The notes under the pieces: generated by a model
What the model was told of the DNA's origin: nothing
What the model saw: the letters and a program-made list of their open reading frames with translations, nothing else
Databases searched by the model: none
Part shown: positions 41,006-51,604 of the stretch, in pieces
Position numbering within the stretch: the first letter of the stretch is position 1
Layout of the letters: every line of letters begins with the position of its first letter
DNA from: Andalucia godoyi And28
Taxonomy: Eukaryota > Protista > Jakobida
DNA: 64,000 bases
Reading direction: 5' to 3'
Assembly: GCA_009859145.1 (NCBI GenBank)
Contig: VRVR01000024.1
Location: 118,896 to 182,895, forward strand
Position numbers and translations under genes: made by a program

Positions 41006-44000
41006 TCACATCCTGGGGCGCTTTGCAGGGGGATCGCGAAAGTCGGTGGGCAAAGGTCTGGCTCTGGTCCTACTTCTCGTAGAAATTTCAGGTTCAAATG
41101 ACGCCGCTAGGGTTGCCGCAACGGCTTCATCATCAATAACACCCTCTACTTCTTCGTCTTCCTCAGCACCAAGAGCAGCATCAGGAATCGTCAGAAGAGT
41201 TCGGGGGGCAGGAGCGCTGGAGTCTTCTCCGCCCTCTTCATCGTCCTCTTCGTCATCGTCCTCACCATCGTCGTTTTCCTCTCCATCCTCGCCTTCACCT
41301 TCACCTTCAACTTCGACTCCGACCTCGCCTTCGACAATTTCATCACCATCCCCGTCGTTTCGCACACTCTCTTCTGCATTTTCTTCTCCTTCGGGAACGT
41401 TCTCGTCTTCACCATCGCTGGATTCCGACGCTTCATCATCATCTTCGACCTCTTCAAAGATCTCCACTTCCTGTTTGTTTGCGCCATCTCCAGAAGCCGC
41501 CGTTTTGCCAGTCCCGAGCGAACGGAGCCGAGAGCTCAGCGAATCAAGACGGCTAGCCGCCTTTTCCTTGTCGATCCGACCGATGCTGCGTAACTTGGAT
41601 ACCGGCTTCTTCTTTAGGAACACATCCGACGTTCCGTCCACCCAAATCGTACGGAAACTGAGCATGCACAGCTTGAATTCGAGACCATTATGCACTTCAA
41701 AGTTTGAAGCAAGCATGTGCGAGTACGCAGTGTTTTGTTCTTCCGGAACGCTGGACCTTCTTGAGCTCATGTACTCCGCGTACATCGGGTGCTTTCTCCG
41801 ATTTCTCAACAGAAAGATGTTTCTCTTTGCAACGGGAATTGAATCAATGGGAGTACACATCATTTCTTCGAGGAACAAAAGCGCCTTTTCTTCCAAGCTC
41901 TCCTGGTCATAGTCCCCCACAGGATGCTCGACAATCGACATCCAAAAGGAATCAACTGCATCCTTGTCAGGGTTACTCTCGCGAGAAATGTGCGGAACAA
42001 CCTTGGCTGACTTGGGTACAAACTCAAGTTTGAAAATCGGTGCCGTCAATTTCGCAACCGTTCGCAAGTACACCACGGGGGATGATGGTCCCAGCGCACT
42101 CGCACGATAGCGTTCATACAAGAAAGCAGAAATAACCTTCTTGCACATGGAATCGTGAACAATCTGCTGAGAATGACGCACAAGCGACAAGACAAGCTTG
42201 TCCAGTCCGAAGAGAACAAACGCCATCGATCCACAGGAACGACTTGCCTCCGCTTCATACTCCCGAGCACCAACGTATCCACGCAGGTAGTCCACCAAGA
42301 CGCGGATCAGCTCACGATAACGTCTGATTCCCTCCTGGTGAACAGCGGCGGGTACTGACAGGAAGTTCTCCGGGGCAACAAAGGAAGATGCACGAGCATC
42401 AGGGCGTTTCTCCGCTCCGCCATCTGCATCGAGAACCATCGGCTCCGCTCTGGCGGGTTTGGATGCACTGGCACTCTGTCCAACACCATGACTGGCATCT
42501 CTACCGTGCGTGATCTCTTCTTCCGCAGACCGGATGCACATATCTTTTGCTTTGTGCAAGCGCTCACATAGAATGCCATACAGCCGGAAAATAACATAAA
42601 ACTGTGCGCTGCCATAAAAGATGGTCGAACCTTCTGCAGACTGCGGCTTTCGTTGACCTTCGGGAATCGACAAATTGACGGGATAACAAGGAGGTGACGT
42701 CCACATGTCCAAGCATTCTCCTAGAACAGTCGGCAAATCTTTTTGTACTTTTGTCCATTTTTCAAACTCTGCAACATCGTCTTCAACACGAGATTGGTTT
42801 TTTCCTCGTATCCTCCTCTTCGGAACTTCATCATCCGACAGCGGCTCAACCGGGCCATCGTCCTGCCCGGGGGCATCATCGCGAGAATCATCTCCAACAG
42901 AAACGGCGGGATTTCCGGAAGATGGAGTATTCGACCGCTTTCCAACTGCACTGATCGGCCCGCCAGACCGATCCTCGGTGTCCGTGGCGTCCACAGATGC
43001 AGTCGGCAGGAACCGACGAACACTTTTCCATCGCGCCATTGCATCGGGAGCGCTCCAGTCGACATGCATCATGGGGGAAAAGAACAGCATGTACAGCAAT
43101 AATCCAGGAAAACGAGAGAAATCTCCACTGGGAATGGACGCTTCTCCGTTTTCACCATCCCCACCACCGTCTGTCACCATCGCGGTTGCACCTCCGTCCC
43201 CAGATCCACCAGACGTTTCACTTTGCGTTGATGGAGACCCGGTGTCTGGACCGGTTGTGCCGTTCACCGACGCTAGAATCGCAGAAACAGCGTTATGGGA
43301 GTTCGACTGCTGGGGAGCCAACATTCGATCGACAGCAAGGTATAGCGCACCAACATCCGCGTGCACATCATCGTCAGGAATCACCATTTGGATACCCCGG
43401 TTGGTTTCGCACCGTTGTTCGAGTTCCGCAACGAACTGGCGGGCAGTGAGATTTCGTTTTTCATTCGTCCGGAACATCGAATGAAGATTCTCAACCCACT
43501 TAACCTGGTTCTTTTCATATACCTCTTTCCAAAATGTATTCAGTTCTGCGCGAGCAACCTCCCATTCCTGGATTTTCTGTCTCAGGCGGGACACTACAAT
43601 TGGAATCGCAACACGAGGATTCGTTCGAAGAGCCTCGAAAACCTCCGGGCCCCTATCGCCATAGATTCTGTGAATCGCAGCACAATAAATGTCTCTCATG
43701 CCAGACAGTGAGATTCTGAGCAAATCGCCCGGGCGCGCTTGTCGGATAAGATCTGCCTTGGGTTCGAGAAAAGACAGCGCAGACCGCGCTTGGTCAATCA
43801 CGACATCCAACTCCGTTCGGTCATCTTCGCACGTGTACAAAATTTCGTCATACTGCGACTTTGAAGTGTAGATTCCACCCACATCTTCTGAACCCGCCGG
43901 CATCGAGATGAAATCCGAATTGAGAACCTTGCGAGTCACATCGGAAGCAAATGACGAGCTTTGCGTGCCAGCACTGGACTTCTTTGCGATCAGCTGATAC

Positions 44001-45220
44001 GAAGGACCGTAGAGTGCACGAGCTGCGAGTACTGCAGGGTCATTTTGAGAAATCTCTTCCATGTCCAGAGATCCTTCATCCGAATCTAGAAATCCTTTCA
44101 GCATGGATAGCAAGTCAGGATGCTTCCCAAGAATCTCCTCTGCAGCATCCACAAGTTCCGTTTTTGTGATTCCCTGTTGCGAGTACAACGAAAGACACTT
44201 CACAAGCTCCTGAAACATCCGCCTGTCTTTCAACCGTTCACGTACACGGTCGAAAAAGACTGGAATATTCGATGTTGACGCAGGCTGTCCTGCACCGACG
44301 CCCTGCCGTCCTTGTAGCCTCGCTCCACCAGGGCCAGCCGAGCCAGCCGAGCCAGTAGAGCCAGTTCCACTCGCCACTGCCGTTGTCGATCCGGTTGTTT
44401 TCTTTGAAGCGGCATTGGCCGCAGCAGCAGCAGCAGCAGCCGACGCGCCAGCCACTGCCCGAGCAGCTGGTAAAAAGGAAACGAATTCCGAAAGCAAATC
44501 TAGATGTCCCTGGAATATCTCTGTAACACCTTGATGCAGCTCCTTGACAGTGATTACTCCGTTTTGGTAGTTTCTCAACATCGAAATAAACCGCATATAC
44601 GCATCCGGCTGATCCGAGAATCGAGCCTTGATGCGACCAACATAATCAATCGCCCGGTTCACGCTGACCTTTTCACCGGTGGCTTCTCCGCCGCTGCTCT
44701 TCTCTGACATGTCACCAACCGAAGAAACCTTGTGCATGGATCCTCGTCGACTACTACTCGCATTTGTACCGCTGTTCTGATGCGATGCACTCGATAATGA
44801 CGAAGAGGAAGACGAGGCAGACGAGGAAGACAAAGACAAGCTTGCATTTGCGCCAGATGTAAGCGAAAGAGTGGCGCCCGCAGGAATATCAGCAACACTC
44901 GAAAGAGTAGCTGCTGTTGCCGCAGAATTTCCAGCCGACGAGGCAGCGATTCTAAGTTTTCGTTCTCTAGTGAGTTCTGCCTCTGAGATTCGGTTGTCAG
45001 GTGGCAAAAAGCGATTGAATCCAAGAATGAGCCATTCCTTGTCCATAAACAGCGACTTGACTCGGTCGACAACCCCAGAAGTCGAAAGCGATCGTTCCTG
45101 GTACATCTTCATGATTCCAAGAAATTCCTTGTATTCCACTGGAGAAACAGAGCTTTGAATCGTCTTGATGTACGACATTGCATCTTCATTCTTCACACGC
45201 GGTTGCTGGTGAAGCGACAT
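41006..45220 (-). CDS. SIN3: Paired amphipathic helix co-repressor Sin3
   Basis: PAH1 (DAMSYI...YKEFLGIMK), PAH2 (AIDYVGRIKARF), PAH3, HID (GPSY...CEDDRTELD) and Sin3_C (FYGSAQFYVIFRLY); acidic tail and NLS PPAKRPR. Confidence 0.93.
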   Translation of the reverse strand: MSLHQQPRVKNEDAMSYIKTIQSSVSPVEYKEFLGIMKMYQERSLSTSGVVDRVKSLFMDKEWLILGFNRFLPPDNRISEAELTRERKLRIAASSAGNSAATAATLSSVADIPAGATLSLTSGANASLSLSSSSASSSSSSLSSASHQNSGTNASSSRRGSMHKVSSVGDMSEKSSGGEATGEKVSVNRAIDYVGRIKARFSDQPDAYMRFISMLRNYQNGVITVKELHQGVTEIFQGHLDLLSEFVSFLPAARAVAGASAAAAAAAANAASKKTTGSTTAVASGTGSTGSAGSAGPGGARLQGRQGVGAGQPASTSNIPVFFDRVRERLKDRRMFQELVKCLSLYSQQGITKTELVDAAEEILGKHPDLLSMLKGFLDSDEGSLDMEEISQNDPAVLAARALYGPSYQLIAKKSSAGTQSSSFASDVTRKVLNSDFISMPAGSEDVGGIYTSKSQYDEILYTCEDDRTELDVVIDQARSALSFLEPKADLIRQARPGDLLRISLSGMRDIYCAAIHRIYGDRGPEVFEALRTNPRVAIPIVVSRLRQKIQEWEVARAELNTFWKEVYEKNQVKWVENLHSMFRTNEKRNLTARQFVAELEQRCETNRGIQMVIPDDDVHADVGALYLAVDRMLAPQQSNSHNAVSAILASVNGTTGPDTGSPSTQSETSGGSGDGGATAMVTDGGGDGENGEASIPSGDFSRFPGLLLYMLFFSPMMHVDWSAPDAMARWKSVRRFLPTASVDATDTEDRSGGPISAVGKRSNTPSSGNPAVSVGDDSRDDAPGQDDGPVEPLSDDEVPKRRIRGKNQSRVEDDVAEFEKWTKVQKDLPTVLGECLDMWTSPPCYPVNLSIPEGQRKPQSAEGSTIFYGSAQFYVIFRLYGILCERLHKAKDMCIRSAEEEITHGRDASHGVGQSASASKPARAEPMVLDADGGAEKRPDARASSFVAPENFLSVPAAVHQEGIRRYRELIRVLVDYLRGYVGAREYEAEASRSCGSMAFVLFGLDKLVLSLVRHSQQIVHDSMCKKVISAFLYERYRASALGPSSPVVYLRTVAKLTAPIFKLEFVPKSAKVVPHISRESNPDKDAVDSFWMSIVEHPVGDYDQESLEEKALLFLEEMMCTPIDSIPVAKRNIFLLRNRRKHPMYAEYMSSRRSSVPEEQNTAYSHMLASNFEVHNGLEFKLCMLSFRTIWVDGTSDVFLKKKPVSKLRSIGRIDKEKAASRLDSLSSRLRSLGTGKTAASGDGANKQEVEIFEEVEDDDEASESSDGEDENVPEGEENAEESVRNDGDGDEIVEGEVGVEVEGEGEGEDGEENDDGEDDDEEDDEEGGEDSSAPAPRTLLTIPDAALGAEEDEEVEGVIDDEAVAATLAASFEPEISTRSRTRARPLPTDFRDPPAKRPRM

Positions 45221-45870
45221 CTCGTTTCCTTTGGAGAAGAGGTGGGTGGGTGGACTCGCCTGTTGTTTTTTTGTTTTGTTTTGTTTTGCTTCTGGCTTAA
45301 GCAAAATATAAAACGTGTGTTTTAAGAAAAAAGGAACAACAGCAGAAGAGGAACAAAAGGATATTTAATAAAGAAAAAGAAAAGAAAAGAATAATAATAA
45401 AAGGGAAAGCCAGAAACGCAGAGGAAAAAAAAAAAACAAATACAAATACAGAAAACCAAATAATACAACAACAAAACAACAAGAAAGAAAAAAAGAAAAG
45501 GACGCACGTCTCTGTTTGTTTGTGCTGTTTTGGCGGCTGTTCGAGAGTCGAGACTGGAGACACATAGTCGTTCAGATTTCAGAGAGAGAGAGGAAGAGAA
45601 ATGCTGCTGCTGATTGCTGAACGCACGGAGAAACCCCAAAGCACCCCAGTGCGCCGGACCTCACTTCCCCGCTTGGACATTAGACACAAGGTTTTCTTCC
45701 GATTCCTTTTTTTAATTATTGCCAGTAGAAGGCAGAGAGAGAGAGAGCGAGAGAGTTCGCGCACAGCACGCAAGTTTATTTTGTTGAACGTGCCAAGAAC
45801 GGATTCTTCATTATGCTTTTCTTCTTCTTCTTCTCATCTTCCTTCACAAATCTAATCACAAAAAACAACC

Positions 45871-46605
45871 TTATGCCTTGGCACCAGTGTCCTCGGCGAC
45901 GACGGCAGCGTGGAGCTCGGCAACCTTTCCTGCATCCAACTTGGGTGCACGGATAAGCTTGACCTTGCGGATGAAGACGTTCTGGAGCGGGTAGATTCCG
46001 TTGACTGCCTTCTCGATCTCAGTTCCGATGACCTCCGTGGTGAACTTGGGGACAAGGGTGCTGAGGTTCGACGAAGTAACGTGCTTGTTGATGATTGCGG
46101 TCATCTTGGCACGGATCTGGCGGATCTGAGAAGTCTGGGCGTACGAGGTCTTTGAAACCTGGTTCTGGCGGCGCTTGGTGAATCCGATGCAGAACAGGCG
46201 GAGAACAAATCCGTCAAGGGTCTTGACGTCAATGATGTTCTCAACAGTGGTCTGCCACTTTCTGACGAGCGAGCGGAGCTTGTCAGTGGTGAAGTTCATT
46301 CCATAGAAGTTGGTAAGGCAGTCACGTCCGTTGACATCCTCACACTTCAAGAAGATCTTGCGGAACCCATACTCCTCGTTGGCCTCGAGCTCGGCAAGGT
46401 TGGCCTCGAAGACACGACCCTTGAGTTGCTCAGAGGCGATCTTGGTTCCTTGGGTGCGGTTCACGATGGTCTCACCAACATACTGGTTTTTGTAGTAGTT
46501 GGGGGCCTTGATGTGGTACCATTCCTTGCGGGAGAACGGATCGATGATCTTGCGCTTGCCACCCTTCTTTCCCTTCGAGAGACGCTTGTTCTTGCCGATT
46601 GCCAT
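45871..46605 (-). CDS. RPS3A: 40S ribosomal protein eS1 (S3a)
   Basis: [56 protein letters not shown]; strongly biased codon usage. Confidence 0.98.
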   Translation of the reverse strand: MAIGKNKRLSKGKKGGKRKIIDPFSRKEWYHIKAPNYYKNQYVGETIVNRTQGTKIASEQLKGRVFEANLAELEANEEYGFRKIFLKCEDVNGRDCLTNFYGMNFTTDKLRSLVRKWQTTVENIIDVKTLDGFVLRLFCIGFTKRRQNQVSKTSYAQTSQIRQIRAKMTAIINKHVTSSNLSTLVPKFTTEVIGTEIEKAVNGIYPLQNVFIRKVKLIRAPKLDAGKVAELHAAVVAEDTGAKA

Positions 46606-46616
46606 TCTTACACCGT

Positions 46617-46859
46617 CTATTCAGATTAAAAACAGGAAACTGGTTAGTACACAAATCGAAAGAGAACCCAAAAAGAGAGACGATGTCTGCCATGCACCAG
46701 AGAAACAAAATCAACAGGAGAAACTCTTTTTCCACAGGAACACGGACGACTGCTGGGCGGCGCTTCGACAGACACGAAACGACACGTCACAGGGATTGTC
46801 TTCTCTGATGCAAACACACACACGAAAAAGAAGAAGAAGAATAAAGGGCAAATACAAAC
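46617..46859 (-). other. Candidate 5'-UTR intron of RPS3A
   Basis: On the minus strand: AG|GTTTGT donor (46859), perfect TACTAAC branch motif (46649-46643), pyrimidine tract, and TAG acceptor (46617) 12 nt before the ATG. Confidence 0.45.
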
Positions 46860-47449
46860 CTTGGACTCGATCACGCAGCACAGAAAAGAGAAGAAAGAGA
46901 AGGAGAAGAGGAAAAAGAAAAAGAAATTGACAACAAATGGGGCTTTGGCGAGGCAATGAATGCACGAAAAAGAAAATGAAAAGGACAACCAAAAAAAAAC
47001 CCTGGCAAAAAGACCTCTAGGGTTACCGCAAACACTTTAAAACTCGGCTCTTCGTCTCTTTTCGAATATCATTAACGTAATGAGGCATCAATTTCAAGTA
47101 GTTGATGCCAGACCACTGACATCGACACTTGTCAACCACGTCGCAAAAGATGACGCTTTGCCGGACCTTTTTGATCTTCTACCAGAGCCTGTAACGAATC
47201 ATTTGGGGATTTACCACTTTTTTCATCGTTTCGTTTTCAGTCTTTGCGCGTCGTTTCATCAATTCATTATTTTTACTTTATTTAATAAAAAGTAATAATT
47301 AGTTATTAGTTATTCTTATTATTATTCTTAATTTATTTTCTTCTTCTTCTTCTTCTTCTTCCGAGTTTCGCTGCTGTTTGCTGCTTTGCTGGTTACTCCC
47401 CCGCAATTGTTCAATGTCTCATTTTCATATACAGTAGTGCACCGCTGTT

Positions 47450-50400
47450 ATGGATCCGCTGTTCGTTGCCATAATCGTTGTTGCAGCAGCAGAAATTGTG
47501 ACGGTTTGTTTGTACATTCGGGAATTTCGAGCTCGAAGACAGCTGCAAAGCAAAAGAAACGAGGATGTGATTTCCCTCCGCGTTGATACTCCTTCCAACC
47601 ACAGTGTTACGATTGTCCCGCCAAAAATCAGAAATTCGCTCATTACGCAAGAATGCCCTTTTCCGCCAGAAGTTGCATTACCGAATGTGCCTGTTTTAGC
47701 AGACGATTTGCTTGTTTTAGTGGACAGAGTGTCCTTTGGAACACAAACAGAAAAAAAGAATCTATTATCATCTCAGTCACAAACATACGTCAACAGCGTA
47801 CTCTCCGTCGGGTCACAAACCGCCGCTCAGAACCGCGATGTGTCGCTGGATGCATATTCGCCAGTCATGTGCTCGATCGGACTTGACGCAGCTCCGATTG
47901 TGCTTCCCAGTCTGATTGCTGAAAAGCAGCACGTACTGTGCATTTTGCCAGAAGTGGCGTCTCAGACGGAGACTGTTGTGCTGCCGACCGTGGAAATCAG
48001 GGATGCATTTACATCATGCGACTCACTTGTGTCCACGGCCGTCGGTTCGATGACGGCAGCTTTGGAGATGAAGAGTATCGAGCAGAATACCGAGGGTTGG
48101 GAACGAAAAGCTCCAATTCTTGGGGAATCGAGCATCTTGTTCTTGGACGTTGTACCGGTAGTCGTGGAATTGGTAGACATTGGCTTGGGCTCTGATGTCT
48201 GTGCTGCAGACAGAGCGCGCGATGCAAGTGTGATGGCGGCTGCTTCGCTTGCGGATGCTTCGACGCTGGTGTTGACTGACGCAAATGAACAATCCGTGCA
48301 GAGTGAGCATGTTCAGCAGATCGATCAAGGCACAGACTCCAGTCTTTTGGAAGGAGAGAGCGCGGACCCAGTGGAGATGCAGAAGATAGTCCATCGGCTG
48401 GGGGGTCCCAATGCTTCTCAGCAACCTGACATTGAGAATCCCAATCGTATCGCTGTGGATGGCTCGTTGTTGAAATCGTTTTTTTCGGATGCGTGCTCAC
48501 AGAAACCGTGGACAGGTAACAAGACTATTTTCTTGCAGGTTTGGGACGAATGCATTCATTTTGCAAAACAGCTTGAATCCGTCGGATCCGAGTTGTTGCC
48601 GGATTGTGTGAATGTGCTGCATGTCATGGCTGCTGACCAGCAGTTTTCGACCACATCGCTTGGAAGATTTGACGAAGCTCTGCTGCTAATGGAGTCCTTC
48701 CGGTCAGTTCCGTTTTCCTGGATCCTCCCCGTTCTTTTCCAACACCGAAAAGAGCCCATTTCGTCATTTCTTGATCAAGTATTGGGGAAAAGCACCTCCT
48801 GGGTCGAATTTGTAAGAGACAATAAGGATGCACTAGGACCGTACTTGTCATCACATAGCTTGATTCTGGTCGATGCGCAGGCAGAAGAAGCGTTTGTGAA
48901 GACACTGCAGGAAAGCATCGTTGCCAATCCATCGGATAGTCCGAAAGTATACGCATTGGCAATGTCTCGGCAAGTTTGGGGCAAGGTTCTCGAGGATCCT
49001 TTCCGCTCGGTGCCCAAGTGTATCGTTTCCTTTGCTGTTCGCGCAAGGAATGATGACGGCTCTGCGGTGTTCATTCAGAATGCAATCTTGGATACGAAAT
49101 GGCGTTCGCACTTTGAACGCGACATTGTCGAATTGTTCGGTTGCGATGTGTTTCTGTCCATCAACAACGATTTAAGTCGTGCCGGGTGGGAGCTGTTCTG
49201 TTCGGGTCCTTGGAGCGCAGACTTTGCGAGTCTGTCTGACCTCCAATCTGGATGCTTTGAGAGATACTTGGCTTCTATTTGGAAATATTTGGTGCCGAGT
49301 CCTGGAACCTTTCTGTCGTTTGGAATCTGTGAAGCCGTTCTCCCCTCGCTAGTTGCGTCTTTTTCTGACGGTTCCGTCCTTACGGCGCTGATGAACAACA
49401 CCCGATTATTCTGCGCGAATTCAGGCCGACGTCTGCCTTTCGCTGCTCGTGACAGCCGAGGCCAATTCTTCTCGAAAGTGCTTCGACCCGTGGTGAACGT
49501 TGACGAAGTCAAGTTTCTTAGCCAACTCCTTTCGGATCTTCCTAGGCATCCACTTTCCCATTTCCTGCGCCTTCGCATGTACGATATTTCTTCTGATGTG
49601 TCTGTTGTCCGCGCAATGACATGGGATTCAACCGTTTCAAACGACCTCGCACGACATCCGGGCGCATCGATGCACTTTTGGACGCAAGTTAAGCGACTGC
49701 TGTTCACCGCCGGCGCCTTCCCCGATCTAGGTGTGCTAAACAAGATGGTGTTGATTATGCCGTACGGGAGTCCGTTCGAGCAGTCGGACTATGTCTCCAT
49801 TCTTGGTGCGGGACTGAAATGCGTGCAGGATCATGTGTCTATGTATGCTCCAGAGAGCGGGACCTGTTCCGCGTTCTTGTCTCGCAGCCCTGTCTATTCT
49901 TTGGCTCTCGAATTCTTGTCCAATGCGTTCAATCGGCGGGTTAGCCAGTCGGATCCACGGTCCTTCTTTGATCCCTCCTTCTTTACAATCTTCTCGTACG
50001 GCGCTGTCGCAGCCAGCCTGGTGAAGTCGAAGGACGAATCGTCAAACATTCTCTTGTTCATGATGAAGCGGTACCCATTTTTGTTTGATTTGGACGCCAA
50101 GTTGACGGTGTTCTTCGACCCTGCGTATTCGTCGGCTTATTTTTCTTCTGAAGTCGACCGGATTGACGGACTTGACCGGTCCAGCTTGTTTCCTTCGGCG
50201 TTCAAGGTCCTGTACATAGAAAGAAAGCGCACAGACTGGAAGAAGAAATGGAAGGTCCGCTTTGCCGGAGACTCGGAGAACACCATCGATATTGACGGTG
50301 TAAAGAGAGAGTTTTTTACGCTCCTCGCTGACCAAATGCGCTCGGAAGGGAACTTGTTTGGGACGGACGGTGCTGTATCCCTTTCTCTCGCTCCTTCTGC

Positions 50401-51145
50401 TGCACTAGAGAACCATTTTACCTTCATCGGTCGCTTGATGGCCAAAGCTCTGTTGGAAAGATCGACGTTTGATGTTGGCGTGTCCACATCTGTGTACAAG
50501 AGATTGTTGGGTGCTCCACTGGATCTTGTGCTCGACTTTCCCGATGTTGCCGAAAGAATACGTCAAATCAAGGAGTTGCCTTCTGTCGAGGGAGTCTTGT
50601 TCGAGGATGGTTTGTCGGATGCGACGAAGTACCAATACTGCGAGGAGCTGGAGAAGAATACACTGACTGGAGCAGAGTGGGCGTATCGGGCACTCTCTCG
50701 AGGGTTCGGTGACCTCATTCCGGCATCCAGCGTTCGTCTGTTCTCTGCCGTTGACCTTCAACTCGCTTTATGCGGGACTGCTTCTTTTGACGTACTGTCG
50801 CTTGTCACGCATACGCAATACACCCAGGGATATTCTTCAGATGCCCCTGCTGTTGGTTTCCTTTGGAATACTCTGCAAGAGTTCTCGGATCTTGAAAAGC
50901 AAAAGTTTCTCCAGTTTGTCACTGGCTCAAGTCGTGTTCCACCCGGCGGCTTCAAGTCATTAGCACCAAAGTTTACCATTCAGAAAATCCCTCTCATGAC
51001 GGAATCCGGCAAGGGTCTCAAGCTGCCTTCTGCTTCCACGTGCTTTCATCTCCTGAAGTGGCCGGAGTACAAGTCCGCAGAGGATGCGAAACGGAGTCTG
51101 CGCATCGCTGTAGAAGAGGGCGCTGAAGGATTTTCATTTTCTTGA
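47450..51145 (+). CDS. HECT-domain E3 ubiquitin ligase with an N-terminal membrane anchor
   Basis: VRFAG...ID.DGVKREFF, FIGRLMAKAL, KFLQFVTGSSRVP.GGF, LPSASTCFHLL (catalytic Cys); hydrophobic N-terminus. Confidence 0.9.
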   Translation: MDPLFVAIIVVAAAEIVTVCLYIREFRARRQLQSKRNEDVISLRVDTPSNHSVTIVPPKIRNSLITQECPFPPEVALPNVPVLADDLLVLVDRVSFGTQTEKKNLLSSQSQTYVNSVLSVGSQTAAQNRDVSLDAYSPVMCSIGLDAAPIVLPSLIAEKQHVLCILPEVASQTETVVLPTVEIRDAFTSCDSLVSTAVGSMTAALEMKSIEQNTEGWERKAPILGESSILFLDVVPVVVELVDIGLGSDVCAADRARDASVMAAASLADASTLVLTDANEQSVQSEHVQQIDQGTDSSLLEGESADPVEMQKIVHRLGGPNASQQPDIENPNRIAVDGSLLKSFFSDACSQKPWTGNKTIFLQVWDECIHFAKQLESVGSELLPDCVNVLHVMAADQQFSTTSLGRFDEALLLMESFRSVPFSWILPVLFQHRKEPISSFLDQVLGKSTSWVEFVRDNKDALGPYLSSHSLILVDAQAEEAFVKTLQESIVANPSDSPKVYALAMSRQVWGKVLEDPFRSVPKCIVSFAVRARNDDGSAVFIQNAILDTKWRSHFERDIVELFGCDVFLSINNDLSRAGWELFCSGPWSADFASLSDLQSGCFERYLASIWKYLVPSPGTFLSFGICEAVLPSLVASFSDGSVLTALMNNTRLFCANSGRRLPFAARDSRGQFFSKVLRPVVNVDEVKFLSQLLSDLPRHPLSHFLRLRMYDISSDVSVVRAMTWDSTVSNDLARHPGASMHFWTQVKRLLFTAGAFPDLGVLNKMVLIMPYGSPFEQSDYVSILGAGLKCVQDHVSMYAPESGTCSAFLSRSPVYSLALEFLSNAFNRRVSQSDPRSFFDPSFFTIFSYGAVAASLVKSKDESSNILLFMMKRYPFLFDLDAKLTVFFDPAYSSAYFSSEVDRIDGLDRSSLFPSAFKVLYIERKRTDWKKKWKVRFAGDSENTIDIDGVKREFFTLLADQMRSEGNLFGTDGAVSLSLAPSAALENHFTFIGRLMAKALLERSTFDVGVSTSVYKRLLGAPLDLVLDFPDVAERIRQIKELPSVEGVLFEDGLSDATKYQYCEELEKNTLTGAEWAYRALSRGFGDLIPASSVRLFSAVDLQLALCGTASFDVLSLVTHTQYTQGYSSDAPAVGFLWNTLQEFSDLEKQKFLQFVTGSSRVPPGGFKSLAPKFTIQKIPLMTESGKGLKLPSASTCFHLLKWPEYKSAEDAKRSLRIAVEEGAEGFSFS

Positions 51146-51604
51146 GCAAAGTCATCTTTTTGCTTGTCCAGTTGGACTTGAATTGCCATTAACGGTGTTA
51201 TTGCCCACTTCTCTTCTTTCATTCTTTCGTTCATATCATAACCCTCCAACCCAAACGTCTGGTGGACGGCTGTGATATCATCGGATAGTACGGCTGAAGG
51301 TGTGCAGGTCGAGGCCTAATGATACACTGTCGAATACTGACAACCGATCCCTTGTAATCGATGATTTCTCCGCCGTGGCCTCTCTCTCTCTCTCTGTGCG
51401 TGTGCGTGTGTGCGTATTTGCGTGTGCGTGTGAAGATCGAGAACAGAAAGAAGAAGTACAGGGGGAGAATCGTAAAGAGAACAAGAAGAGAAAGGTGAGA
51501 AAATGTTTGGAGAGGCTTGGAGTAAGAAAGTAAAATACTTTGTAAATTATATTCGTATTGATGCTACTTCTGGAAAAAGCAGTTCTTTTGAAAAATTTTG
51601 TGAT

